A stretch of DNA of 64,000 bases from assembly GCA_963779415.1 (NCBI GenBank), contig CAVZYA010000002.1, positions 704,001 through 768,000 on the forward strand, given 5' to 3'. Made by a program: the position numbers and the translations under genes. The number at the start of each line of letters is the position of its first letter. Position 1 is the first letter of the stretch. The notes beneath the pieces were generated by a model. That model made no database searches. It was not told where the DNA came from and worked only from the letters and a program-made list of their open reading frames with translations. The stretch comes from an uncultured Acidobacteriota bacterium (GTDB lineage: Bacteria; Acidobacteriota; Thermoanaerobaculia; UBA5066). Shown here piece by piece: positions 1-9,048 of the stretch.

Positions 1-277
1 CTCCGTTCGGGGGGCCGAGGAGGACCCACTGCCCGGCCCCCTCGCGGTGGACGTGTCCCGGGTCGATGCGGTGCGGGCCGCTCCGGGCGATCGAGGCTTC
101 CTCGTCCTCGAGCCGCGCGAGGCGCCGCTTCAGGTCGGCCTGGAGCTTCTCCGTCCCCTTGTGCTTCGGGATGACGGCGAGCATCTCGTGGAGCGCCTCG
201 ATCTTCCCGGCGTGGGAAGCCGCCGCCTTGAACCGCTCCTCGGCATCGTGGTACTGCGGGGTCAGATTCGCCGGCAC
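1..277 (-). CDS. DRG/RBG1-like OBG-family GTPase, N-terminal part (runs off window edge)
   Basis: Manual translation from GTG 277: MPANLTPQYHDAEERFKAA..IPKHKGTEKLQADLKRRLA..GAGQWVLLGPPNG (start of P-loop). Not in the ORF track. Confidence 0.8.
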   Translation of the reverse strand, partial: MPANLTPQYHDAEERFKAAASHAGKIEALHEMLAVIPKHKGTEKLQADLKRRLARLEDEEASIARSGPHRIDPGHVHREGAGQWVLLGPPNG

Positions 278-330
278 GCCTCCATTATGGCCGCGAGAAC
301 CGTCCGTCCGCGCGGGGCCATCGTATAGTC

Positions 331-1176
331 GTGAGAGGTCGCACGACGGTGTCCGAGGGAACGCGCATCCGGATCTCCCTGATCGACTACGTCAACACGT
401 GGCCGCTGACGTGGGGTTTCCTCAAGGGGGCCGTGGAGCGGATCGAGCTGTTCCACGACACTCCGGCGGCCTGTGCGGCCCGCCTGGCCCGCGGGGAGGT
501 GGACGCCGGCCTGATCCCCGCCGTGGAGGCGGCGCGGATCCCCGGGGTGCGGCTCGTCCGCGGCGTCGGGATCGCGGCGCGAGAGCGGGTCCGGAGCGTC
601 GTGCTCGTGTCGCGGCGCCCTTTCGGAGAAAAGACGTCCCCGCTCCGGTCCGTGGCACTCGACGTCTCGTCGCGCTCCTCGGCGGCGATGGTCCGGATCC
701 TCCTCGAAGAGCTTTACCGGCTCCGGCCGGAGTACCACGAGGCGGTGCCCGACCTTTCCGAGATGCTGCGCCACCACGATGCCGCGCTCCTCATCGGAGA
801 CCCGGCGCTGACGGCGGATCTCCAGGGGCTTTTCGTCCTCGACCTCGCGGAGGGATGGCGTCGGCTGACCGGACTCCCCTTCGTCTTCGCCGTCTGGGCC
901 GTCCGTCCCTCGGTCCCGCCGGAGCCCTTCCTCTGGTCGAGGGACTACGCCCAGCGGCACTTCGGGGAGCTGGTCGACGCGGCGACCGCGCGGACCAATC
1001 TTCCGCGCGAGATCGTCTCCGGGTACCTCGACGGAAATCTCCACCACGATCTCGACGCCGACGACGAGAAGGGGCTCGCCGAGTTCTACCGCCGGGCGTT
1101 CGGGCACGGGCTCATCCCGTCTCCCGACGTTCCCCCCTTCTCGGGCGTGCCGCTGGTTCCCCACCGGGAAATCTGA
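331..1176 (+). CDS. mqnA: Chorismate dehydratase (futalosine menaquinone pathway)
   Basis: IDYVNTWPL, VRSV, SSRSS, LLIGDPAL, DLAEGW..TGLPFVFAVW motifs; adjacent to mqnC. Start may be GTG 349. Confidence 0.9.
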   Translation: MRGRTTVSEGTRIRISLIDYVNTWPLTWGFLKGAVERIELFHDTPAACAARLARGEVDAGLIPAVEAARIPGVRLVRGVGIAARERVRSVVLVSRRPFGEKTSPLRSVALDVSSRSSAAMVRILLEELYRLRPEYHEAVPDLSEMLRHHDAALLIGDPALTADLQGLFVLDLAEGWRRLTGLPFVFAVWAVRPSVPPEPFLWSRDYAQRHFGELVDAATARTNLPREIVSGYLDGNLHHDLDADDEKGLAEFYRRAFGHGLIPSPDVPPFSGVPLVPHREI

Positions 1177-1209
1177 CTCGCGGCGTCGATCGGGTAGAGT
1201 TCGCTTTTC

Positions 1210-2397
1210 ATGCCGGTCGCCGAAGCTCCCGAGACGACGCTCCTCCCGACCCCCCCGGCCCCCGGCCTCGGGGGCTCCCCCCGCGTCGAGGCGATCCTCG
1301 GGCGCGTGGCCCTCGGGGAGCGGCTCTCGTTCGACGACACCCTCGTCCTCTTCCGCGAGGCGACCCTCCTCGAACTCGGCGAGGCGGCGCACGCCGTCCG
1401 CTGCCGGATGCAGCCGCCGGGGCGCGCCACCTACCAGGTCGACCGGAACATCAACTACACGAACGTCTGCATCTACCGCTGCACCTTCTGCGCCTTCTAC
1501 CGGAAGGCGGGGGATGCCGAGGCGTACGTCCTTTCCCTCCCCGAGATCGGGCGGAAGGTGGAGGAGACGATCGCCCTCGGGGGGACCGGTATTCTCCTGC
1601 AGGGGGGGGTCCACGCGGAGCTTCCGTTCTCCTTCTACGAGGAGCTGCTCGGGTTCCTCCGGGAGCGCTATCCCGGCGTCCACCGGCACGCCTTCTCCGC
1701 GCCGGAGATCTATTTCCTCGCGAAGAAGGAGCGCTGGACGGTGGCCGAGACGCTTCGGCGCCTGAGGGACGCGGGCCTGATGTCGGTTCCCGGCGGCGGG
1801 GCGGAGATCCTCGACGACGAGGTCCGCAAGCGGATCTGGGCCCTGACGAAATCGCCGACGCCGAAGTGGGCCGAGGTCCACCGCGAGGCGCATCGCCTCG
1901 GGATGCCGACGACGGCCACGATGATGTTCGGCGTGGCGGAGACGTACGAGCAGCGCCTGAACCACTTCGACGTCGTCCGGAGGCTTCAGGACGAGTCGCT
2001 CGCCGAAGGCGCCGGCTCGTTCACCGCGTTCATCCCCTGGACCTTCCAGGAGGAGAACACGGCCCTCGAGCGCGAGGTCGAGACGGCCGGGGGGTACGAC
2101 TACCTCCGGACGCTCGCCCTCTCCCGCCTCTACCTCGACAACGTCCCGCACGTCCAGGGCTCGTGGGTGACCCAGGGGAAGAAGATCGGGCAGCTCTCGC
2201 TCGCCTTCGGGGCCGACGACCTCGGGTCGATCATGATCGAGGAGAACGTCGTCGCGGCGGCCGGAGCGCACAACCGGATGACGCGCGGGGAGATGACGGC
2301 CCTGATCCGCGACGCGGGCTTTTCGCCGGTCCAGCGCGGCTCGGTCTACGAGCGGTGCCGGGAGGCCTGCTGCGCCGCCCTGAACAGGGAGGCGTGA
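1210..2397 (+). CDS. mqnC: Cyclic dehypoxanthine futalosine synthase (radical SAM)
   Basis: DRNINYTNVCIYRCTFCAF radical SAM motif, PGGGAEIL, TATMMFG, FIPWTFQ, QGSWVTQG, GSIMIEENVV. Confidence 0.92.
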   Translation: MPVAEAPETTLLPTPPAPGLGGSPRVEAILGRVALGERLSFDDTLVLFREATLLELGEAAHAVRCRMQPPGRATYQVDRNINYTNVCIYRCTFCAFYRKAGDAEAYVLSLPEIGRKVEETIALGGTGILLQGGVHAELPFSFYEELLGFLRERYPGVHRHAFSAPEIYFLAKKERWTVAETLRRLRDAGLMSVPGGGAEILDDEVRKRIWALTKSPTPKWAEVHREAHRLGMPTTATMMFGVAETYEQRLNHFDVVRRLQDESLAEGAGSFTAFIPWTFQEENTALEREVETAGGYDYLRTLALSRLYLDNVPHVQGSWVTQGKKIGQLSLAFGADDLGSIMIEENVVAAAGAHNRMTRGEMTALIRDAGFSPVQRGSVYERCREACCAALNREA

Positions 2398-3090
2398 GGG
2401 AGTCGTGGGGCCGGACTCGCTCGAACGCCGTCTTCCCGATGAGGTCGCGGGACTCTGCCTCGGCGTTCGAGCGATCGCCGGACGCCGTCTTCGTGACGGA
2501 CCGGCGCAACCGGGTCGTCTTCTCGAACCGCGCGGCCGAGACTCTGCTCGGATTCTCCGACCGGCGAGACCGTCGGCCTTTCGTGCGAAGCGGTCCTCAA
2601 GGGGCGCGACGTCTTCGACAACCGCTATTGCGCGCTGAATTGCCCGGTGATGCAGATGGCGTCCCGCGGCGAGAGCGTGCGGGACTTCCGTCTCACGATT
2701 CAGGCCCGGGACGGCCGCGAGGTGACCGTGGAGCTGAGCGTCCTCCAGCTCGTCGTCGCGCCGCCGGATCATTACTACCTCGCCCACGTCCTCAAGCTCG
2801 TCGAGAGGACCGGTCGCGTGCCGGCCCCTCCCGACGTCGAGACGCAGCCTCCCCGGTCATCCCTCGAGATCGTCCGGGAGTCCACGGACGTGCGGGTCCG
2901 ACGGCTGACGACGCGGGAGGTCGAAGTCCTCGGAATGCTGGCGGCGGGCCGGACGACGCCGGAGATCTCGGCCCGGCTCTGCATCTCGGCTCTGACGGTA
3001 CGGAACCACATCCAGAACATCCTCGAGAAGCTCGAGGTTCACTCCAAGAGCGAGGCCATCGCCTTCGCGTTCCAGAAGAGGCTGATTTAG
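2394..3090 (+). CDS. PAS domain + LuxR HTH transcriptional regulator, frameshifted near 2560
   Basis: PAS start (FERSPDAVFVTDRRNRVVFSNRAAETLLGF) in one frame, continuing in the +1 frame (CEAVLKGRDVFDNRYCALNCP...LTTREVEVL..ISALTVRNHIQNILEKL). Start is GTG 2394 overlapping the mqnC stop, or ATG 2439. Confidence 0.8.
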
Positions 3091-3259
3091 GCTCTTCCGT
3101 CCGGTCCTGGTGTGTATTCACCAGACACAATGGTGCGGGATCGGGATTGGGAATCACTTCCTCCGGGCGCACCTTGCCTTCCGATACCAGGACGATGAAG
3201 AAACCCTGCGCGAAGACGCCCCGTTCCACGGGAGCGAACCCGGACTCAAGGAGACGGTC

Positions 3260-4612
3260 ATGAAGAGGCTCCTTTCGTTTTTCTCCGTCGCCTTCGGGCT
3301 CTTTGCCCTCTCGGTCCTGCGGGAGACGCCCGCCGCCGCGGTCCCCAGCTTCGCGCGTCAGACCGGACTCGCGTGCAACGGGTGCCACACGACCCCCCCG
3401 GAGCTCAATGCGGCCGGACGCCGGTTCAAGCTGACGGGGTACACGGACCGGGCGGACGACACCGCGACGGTCAACAACGAGCCGGGGAAGAAGCACGCGG
3501 GCCTCGATCTCCTGAAATCGCTTCCGGTGTCGGCCATGCTCGACGCGTCGTTCACGGCGGTGAAGACCCCGGAGCCGGACAGCAAGAGCACCACCTTCCA
3601 GTTTCCGCAGGACGTCTCGCTCTTCCTCGCCGGAGGGTGGTCCTCGCACGTCGGCAGCTTCATCCAGATCACCTACAGCACGCAGGACGATCATTTCGGC
3701 ATCGACAACACGGACATCCGGTACGCGGACAAGACGACGCTCGGCGGCAAGGAGCTCGTCTGGGGCCTGACGCTCAACAACAACCCGACCGTCGAAGACC
3801 TCTGGAACACGACCCCGGCCTGGGGATTCCCGTGGATCGGAAGCGACTGGGCGCCCGCGCCGGCCGCCGCCCCGCTGCTCGCGGGCGCCCTCGGGCAGGA
3901 TGTCGCCGGGCTCGGCGCGTACGCGATGTGGAACGAGCACCTCTACGTGGCCACGGCGTTCTATGCCACGAATCACGTAGGGGACTCGCAGCCGAATACG
4001 GGGACCAATTACTCGATGAACATCAGCGGCGTTGCGCCGTACTGGAGGGTCGCCTGGCAGCAGTCGCTCGACGCGGACAGCACCCTCGAGGTCGGCACCT
4101 ATGGAATCCGGGTGAACTCGACTCCGAACGGGATCAGCGGTCTCAGGAACGGTTACACGGACTGGGGCTTCGACCTCCAGTACGACCGGACGGTCTTCGT
4201 CCGAGACGTCGTCTCGGTCCGCGTCACCTACATCCGTGAGACGTCCACGCTGGACGCGACGTACGACCAGGGCGGTGCGACCCAGGCCGCGAACAACCTC
4301 GGGATGTTCCGCGCCAATGTCGGGTACCACTTCGGCAACGTCTTCTCCCTGACGGCGGGCCTGCAGGATGTGATCGGCACCGGCGACTCCCTTATCTGGA
4401 CGCCGGCGCCCGTGACCGGCAGCGCGACCGGCAGCCCGAACAGCATGTCGTATCTCCTGAGCCTCTCGTGGTGGCCGGTCCAGAACGTCCAGATTGCTGG
4501 CCAGTACACGGCGTATACGAACTTCAACGGCGGGAACTCGAACTACGACGGATCCGGCCGAAATGCGAGCGACAACAACACGATCTATCTGCTCGCGCGG
4601 TTCATCTTCTGA
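3260..4612 (+). CDS. cyc2: Cyc2-type fused monoheme cytochrome c / outer-membrane beta-barrel
   Basis: SD AAGGAG and signal peptide, then VPSFARQTGLACNGCHTTPPELNAAGRRFKLTGY (Cyc2 N-terminal signature). Followed by about 390 aa of amphipathic beta-strands ending in Phe. Confidence 0.85.
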   Translation: MKRLLSFFSVAFGLFALSVLRETPAAAVPSFARQTGLACNGCHTTPPELNAAGRRFKLTGYTDRADDTATVNNEPGKKHAGLDLLKSLPVSAMLDASFTAVKTPEPDSKSTTFQFPQDVSLFLAGGWSSHVGSFIQITYSTQDDHFGIDNTDIRYADKTTLGGKELVWGLTLNNNPTVEDLWNTTPAWGFPWIGSDWAPAPAAAPLLAGALGQDVAGLGAYAMWNEHLYVATAFYATNHVGDSQPNTGTNYSMNISGVAPYWRVAWQQSLDADSTLEVGTYGIRVNSTPNGISGLRNGYTDWGFDLQYDRTVFVRDVVSVRVTYIRETSTLDATYDQGGATQAANNLGMFRANVGYHFGNVFSLTAGLQDVIGTGDSLIWTPAPVTGSATGSPNSMSYLLSLSWWPVQNVQIAGQYTAYTNFNGGNSNYDGSGRNASDNNTIYLLARFIF

Positions 4613-4654
4613 AACCCGTGGTCCTCAGGACCGCGTTCCGAAGGAGGGAAGACC

Positions 4655-5233
4655 ATGAAGGGAATGCTCGTCCTCGTCTTTTCCGCGGCCGTGGCCCTGC
4701 CGCTCGCGGCCGGGGAGATCCATGGCAAGGTCGTCTGCAAGGGAGTACGCAACAGCAGCGACGCGGTCGTCTACGTGGAGGGCGTTCCGGGAAAGAGCTT
4801 CCCGCCGCCCACGGAGCACGCGAAAGTCAACCAGTTGAACCTCACGTTCGTTCCCCACGTCCTTCCGGTCCTCATCGGGACGACGGTTGACTTCTACAAC
4901 TCCGACGCCGTCCTCCACAACGTCTTCTCGCCCGACGCCTGTGCCGAGAAGTTCAACCTGGGGACATGGCCGAAGGGACAGTTCCGGAGCTACACCTTCA
5001 AGAAGGATTGCGTGGCGACTCTCCTCTGCAAGGTACATCCGGAGATGGAGGCGTTCGTCGTGGCCGTCCCGACCCCTTACTTCGCCGTGACGAAGCCCGA
5101 CGGCTCGTACAAGATCACGGAGGTTCCCGACGGCTCCTACACGCTGAAGGTCTGGCACCCGAAGCTGAAAGGAACCCAGAAGACGGTGCAGGTCGCCGGG
5201 GCGGCGGCAGCGGATTTCGAGATCTCGAAGTAG
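4655..5233 (+). CDS. Periplasmic cupredoxin-domain (type-1 copper) protein with flanking beta-sandwich
   Basis: Signal peptide; FVPHVLPV..GTTVDFYNSD..HNVFS and CKVHPEM give a His/Cys/His/Met ligand set. Confidence 0.75.
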   Translation: MKGMLVLVFSAAVALPLAAGEIHGKVVCKGVRNSSDAVVYVEGVPGKSFPPPTEHAKVNQLNLTFVPHVLPVLIGTTVDFYNSDAVLHNVFSPDACAEKFNLGTWPKGQFRSYTFKKDCVATLLCKVHPEMEAFVVAVPTPYFAVTKPDGSYKITEVPDGSYTLKVWHPKLKGTQKTVQVAGAAAADFEISK

Positions 5234-5243
5234 GCCGGACGGC

Positions 5244-7073
5244 GTGGCCGACTTCAGCCGCGACTGGCTCGAGCGGAACTTCCCCTGCAAGGAAGCGTGC
5301 CCGGTCCACACTGAGGCCGGCAAGTACGTCACGCTCATCGCCGAGGGGCGGTACCGCGAGGCCTACGCCGTGGCCCGCAAGCCGAATCCGCTCGCGTCCA
5401 TCTGCGGGCGGATCTGCGCGGCCCCGTGCGAAAGCGTCTGCCGCCGGGGGGAGCTGGACGCCCCGATCTCGATCCGGGCCCTGAAGCGGTTCGTCACGGA
5501 GCGGTTCGGCGTGGAGAGCATGATCGACCTCTCCGTCCTGGCCGAGATCTACGGCCAACGCACCGGTCGGTATCCCGAGCGCGTGGCGGTGATCGGCTCG
5601 GGTCCGGCCGGCCTGGCGTGCGCCCACGACCTCGCCCTGATGGGCTATCCGGTCACGATCTTCGAAGCCGCGCCGGTTGCCGGCGGGATGCTGCGGCTCG
5701 GCGTGCCGGAATACCGGCTGCCCCGGGCTCTCATCCAGCTCGAGATCAACGCGATCCTCTCGCTCGGAGTGGAGCTGGTGACGAACACGCGCCTCGGGCG
5801 CGACGTCACTCTCGCCGACCTGAGGCGCCAGGGATTCGCGGCGATCTTCCTCGGCATCGGCGCGACGCGGAGCCGGGATCTCGCCGTTCCGGGCATGGAG
5901 CTCGACGGCGTCCTCCGCGGGATCGACTACCTCCTCAACGTGAACCTCGGCTACAAGGTCGAGATGGGGCAGAGCGTCGTCGTGATCGGCGGCGGAAACG
6001 TGGCCTTGGACGTGGCGCGCACGGCCGCGCGCGGCGGCGAGCAGGAAAACCTCCAGCGAAATCTCTCCATCGTCGCGGCGCTCGACGTGGCACGCAGCGC
6101 CGTCCGCTTCGGGGCGCGTCAGGTGACCGTCTGCTGCCTGGAGTCCGAGGCCGAGATGCCGGCGTCCCCCGAGGAGGTCGAGGAAGCGCTCCGCGAGGGG
6201 ATCCGGTTCCGCCACCGAGTCGGCCCGAACCGGATCGTGGGCGAGAACGGGACCGCGACGGGCGTCGAGCTCCGGGCCGTCTCTCGAGTCTTCGACGAGG
6301 GCGGGCGCTTCGCGCCGGAGTTCGTTCCCGGCTCGGAGACGCTCCTTGCGGCGGACACTCTCATCGTCTCGATCGGACAGACCGCCGATCTCTCCTTCCT
6401 CCGGCCGGAGGACGGCATCGAGTCGGCGCGGGGGAGGATCACCATCGACCCCGAGACGCTCGCGACGTCCGCCCCGGGCGTCTACTCCGGCGGCGACGCG
6501 GCCTTCGGGCCGCGGATCGCCATCAACGCCATCGCCGACGGCAAGCGGGCGGCGCGCTCGATCGACACGCATCTCCGCGGCCGGCCCCGGCCGGAGGCCG
6601 AAACCGAGGTCGAGATCGAGATCCACGACCGCTACGAGCGCCCGTGGGACTACGAGGGAATCCCGCGGCAGAAGCCGCCGAGCCGTCCGATCTCGCGGCG
6701 GATCGGGATCGCCGAGGTGGAGGAGTGCTTCGGCGAGCGCGAGGCCCGCCTCGAAGGAAGTCGCTGCCTCCACTGCTGGACGAACACGATCTTCGAAGAG
6801 AGCGCGGCGGAGGGGACGGAGTGCCTCCTCTGCGGCGGCTGCCAGGACATCTGCCCGGAGGACTGCATCGAGATCCTTCCCTCGGCCGGGGTCGAGGAGC
6901 TTCCGCCGGGCGCCCGGGAGCTGGCCCCGCTCCTCGTCGAAGGCCGGCTCGAGGGTTCCATCCTGATCAAGGACGAGGAGACCTGCATCCGGTGCGGACT
7001 CTGCGCCGCTCGCTGTCCGGCGGGCACGATCACGATGCAGAGCTTCGAAACGAGGGAGGCTGCCCGTGCCTGA
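5244..7073 (+). CDS. GltD/NfnB-like FAD/NAD(P)-dependent oxidoreductase with N-terminal Fe-S and C-terminal 2x[4Fe-4S] domain
   Basis: CKEACP, CGRICAAPCESVCRR, GSGPAG, GGGNVALDVAR, CLLCGGCQDICP, CIRCGLCAARCP; no signal peptide. Confidence 0.88.
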   Translation: MADFSRDWLERNFPCKEACPVHTEAGKYVTLIAEGRYREAYAVARKPNPLASICGRICAAPCESVCRRGELDAPISIRALKRFVTERFGVESMIDLSVLAEIYGQRTGRYPERVAVIGSGPAGLACAHDLALMGYPVTIFEAAPVAGGMLRLGVPEYRLPRALIQLEINAILSLGVELVTNTRLGRDVTLADLRRQGFAAIFLGIGATRSRDLAVPGMELDGVLRGIDYLLNVNLGYKVEMGQSVVVIGGGNVALDVARTAARGGEQENLQRNLSIVAALDVARSAVRFGARQVTVCCLESEAEMPASPEEVEEALREGIRFRHRVGPNRIVGENGTATGVELRAVSRVFDEGGRFAPEFVPGSETLLAADTLIVSIGQTADLSFLRPEDGIESARGRITIDPETLATSAPGVYSGGDAAFGPRIAINAIADGKRAARSIDTHLRGRPRPEAETEVEIEIHDRYERPWDYEGIPRQKPPSRPISRRIGIAEVEECFGEREARLEGSRCLHCWTNTIFEESAAEGTECLLCGGCQDICPEDCIEILPSAGVEELPPGARELAPLLVEGRLEGSILIKDEETCIRCGLCAARCPAGTITMQSFETREAARA

Positions 7074-7566
7074 ACCGCCCGTGGATCCCCGGACGAACTC
7101 CCTGCCGGAGGCCGGTGAGCCGAACCGGCGCGACGTCCTGACGCGGATCGGGGTCGGCGCCTGCGCGGTGGCCGCCGTCGGCTCGGGCGCCGTCACCCTA
7201 GACTTCCTGAAGCCGAAGGTTCTCTTCGAGCCCGCGACGACCTTCCGCGCCGGGAGTCCGCTCGACTACCCCGAGGGGACGGTCCGTTTCGACCGGGAGA
7301 GAAAAGCCTACGTCATCGGCGGGGACGGTGGGGTCTACGCGATGTCGGCCGTCTGCACCCACCTCGGATGCATCACCCGGTACGTCTCGGATGAGAGCGC
7401 CATCGCCTGCCCCTGTCATGGGAGCCGGTTCGACCTCGAGGGAAACGTCACCCACGGACCGGCCCCACGCCCCCTGCCATGGCTCGAGGTGAGGCTCGAC
7501 GACAAGGGAAACCTCGTCGTGGATACCAGCGTGGTCATTCCGCGCGGAAAGGTGCTGAAAGCATGA
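7066..7566 (+). CDS. Rieske [2Fe-2S] subunit of Rieske/cytochrome b complex
   Basis: Tat-like NRRDVL plus TM helix; CTHLGC and CPCHGSRF boxes; GPAPRPL. Confidence 0.93.
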   Translation: MPEPPVDPRTNSLPEAGEPNRRDVLTRIGVGACAVAAVGSGAVTLDFLKPKVLFEPATTFRAGSPLDYPEGTVRFDRERKAYVIGGDGGVYAMSAVCTHLGCITRYVSDESAIACPCHGSRFDLEGNVTHGPAPRPLPWLEVRLDDKGNLVVDTSVVIPRGKVLKA

Positions 7567-8336
7567 GCGCCCGCTTCGAGACCGCTCTCTTCGACCGCCT
7601 TCGCGCCACGTCCGTCTGGCGTTCCATCGTCCGCCACGGCGTCGACGGGACGAACCGGAACAGCTCGCTCGTCATCTTCGAGAACCTCTTCCTGCACGTC
7701 CACCCGGTGAAGGTGCGGGAGAAGACCCTCCGGTTCACCCACACGTTCTGGCTCGGAGGGGTGACGCTCGTCGCGGCGGTCGTCCTGATCGCCACGGGAA
7801 TCCTCCTGATGTTCTACTACCACCCCTCCGTCCCGCAGGCCTACCGCGACATGAAGGAGTTGGCGTTCGTCGTCGACAACGGCCTCTTCCTCAGGAATCT
7901 TCACCGGTGGGCCGCCCACCTGATGGTCTTCTCGGCGTTGCTTCACATGCTGCGCGTCTTCTACCACCGCGCCTACCGGCCCCCGCGTCAGTTCAACTGG
8001 GTCGTCGGCGTCGTCCTCCTCATCCTGACGCTCCTCCTCTCGTACACGGGCTATCTCCTACCGTGGGACCAGCTCGCGTTCTGGGGCGTCTCCGTCGGGA
8101 CGAACATGGCCCGGACGGCGCCGATCGTCGGCGAGAAGCTCCGATTCCTCCTCCTCGGGGGGAACGTCGTCTCCGCGAACGCCCTCCTCCGCTTCTACGT
8201 CCTCCATTGCGTCGTCCTCCCGGTCGCCCTCGTCCTTTTCATCGCCGTGCACGTCTGGCGGATCCGCAAGGATGGCGGCGTGCAGGGTCCCCTCGAGGAG
8301 ACCGGGGACTCCGCGGAGCCGGAGGTCCGCCCATGA
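7563..8336 (+). CDS. Cytochrome b, N-terminal (b6-like) subunit
   Basis: [38 protein letters not shown]...[14 protein letters not shown] overlaps the Rieske stop. Confidence 0.92.
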   Translation: MSARFETALFDRLRATSVWRSIVRHGVDGTNRNSSLVIFENLFLHVHPVKVREKTLRFTHTFWLGGVTLVAAVVLIATGILLMFYYHPSVPQAYRDMKELAFVVDNGLFLRNLHRWAAHLMVFSALLHMLRVFYHRAYRPPRQFNWVVGVVLLILTLLLSYTGYLLPWDQLAFWGVSVGTNMARTAPIVGEKLRFLLLGGNVVSANALLRFYVLHCVVLPVALVLFIAVHVWRIRKDGGVQGPLEETGDSAEPEVRP

Positions 8337-9043
8337 CGACCGGAATCCCCCTCAAGGTCACGGAATCGAACGACCCCGTCGCCGTGCCTCGCCGTGTCGC
8401 CCTCGTCCGGCCGGACATCCGGCCGGCGGTCCGCCGCCGCGAGGAAAAGTGGGTGATGACGTTTCCGCACCTGATCGTCCGGGAGGTCATCCTCTTCCAG
8501 GTCGTCGTGATCGCCCTTTCGCTCGTGGCGCTCTTCGTCGACGCGCCTCTCGAGGGGATCGCGAATCCCGTCGAGACTCCCAATCCGGCCAAGGCGCCCT
8601 GGTATTTCCTCGGCCTCCAGGAGCTGCTTCACTACTTCCCGCCCGTCGTCGCGGGAGTTCTCCTGCCGGGCCTCGTCGTCCTCGCACTCGTCGTCATTCC
8701 GTACGCGCGGATCAACCTCGCCGCCGGGCCGCTCTGGGCCCGGCCCACCCCGAGGCAGACGCCGGCCGTCGCGGCCGCCGTCGTCGCGGTCGTCCTCCTC
8801 TTCGCGGCCTTCCGGTGCTGGCCGATCGTGATTCCGACGATCGCGATCGGAGGCGCCATGTTCGCCGCACGGGGCGGCGGGAACGCCGGAGCCTTCCGGC
8901 GGCTCCTGGCACGGGTCACGCTCCCCGAGTGGATCATGACCTGGTTCGTCGTCATCGCTGCCCTCCTCACGATCATCGGAACCTTCTTCCGCGGACCGGG
9001 CTGGTCCTTCGTCCTGCCCTGGTCTCCGGGAGCGACCTTCTGA
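8333..9043 (+). CDS. Cytochrome b subunit IV (PetD-like)
   Basis: [32 protein letters not shown] (PEWY-equivalent), several TM helices. ATGA overlap with cytochrome b. Confidence 0.88.
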   Translation: MTTGIPLKVTESNDPVAVPRRVALVRPDIRPAVRRREEKWVMTFPHLIVREVILFQVVVIALSLVALFVDAPLEGIANPVETPNPAKAPWYFLGLQELLHYFPPVVAGVLLPGLVVLALVVIPYARINLAAGPLWARPTPRQTPAVAAAVVAVVLLFAAFRCWPIVIPTIAIGGAMFAARGGGNAGAFRRLLARVTLPEWIMTWFVVIAALLTIIGTFFRGPGWSFVLPWSPGATF

Positions 9044-9048
9044 AGAGA

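Noticed and set aside
66-3263. Very long alternative-frame and antisense ORFs (e.g. 66-3263, 21332-24037, 47007-49934, 56861-59701)
   Set aside because: Arg/Pro/Gly-rich shadows of real genes. Stop codons are scarce at this GC content and there are no recognisable motifs, apart from the short PAS segment already assigned.
3260-4612. Horizontal acquisition of cyc2 suggested by slightly lower GC
   Set aside because: Explained by the Asn/Thr/Tyr-rich porin composition. No mobility genes or boundary repeats are visible.
5244-7073. Glutamate synthase small subunit, NfnAB or DsrL
   Set aside because: No gltB, nfnA or dsr genes nearby; the gene is translationally coupled to the Rieske gene instead.
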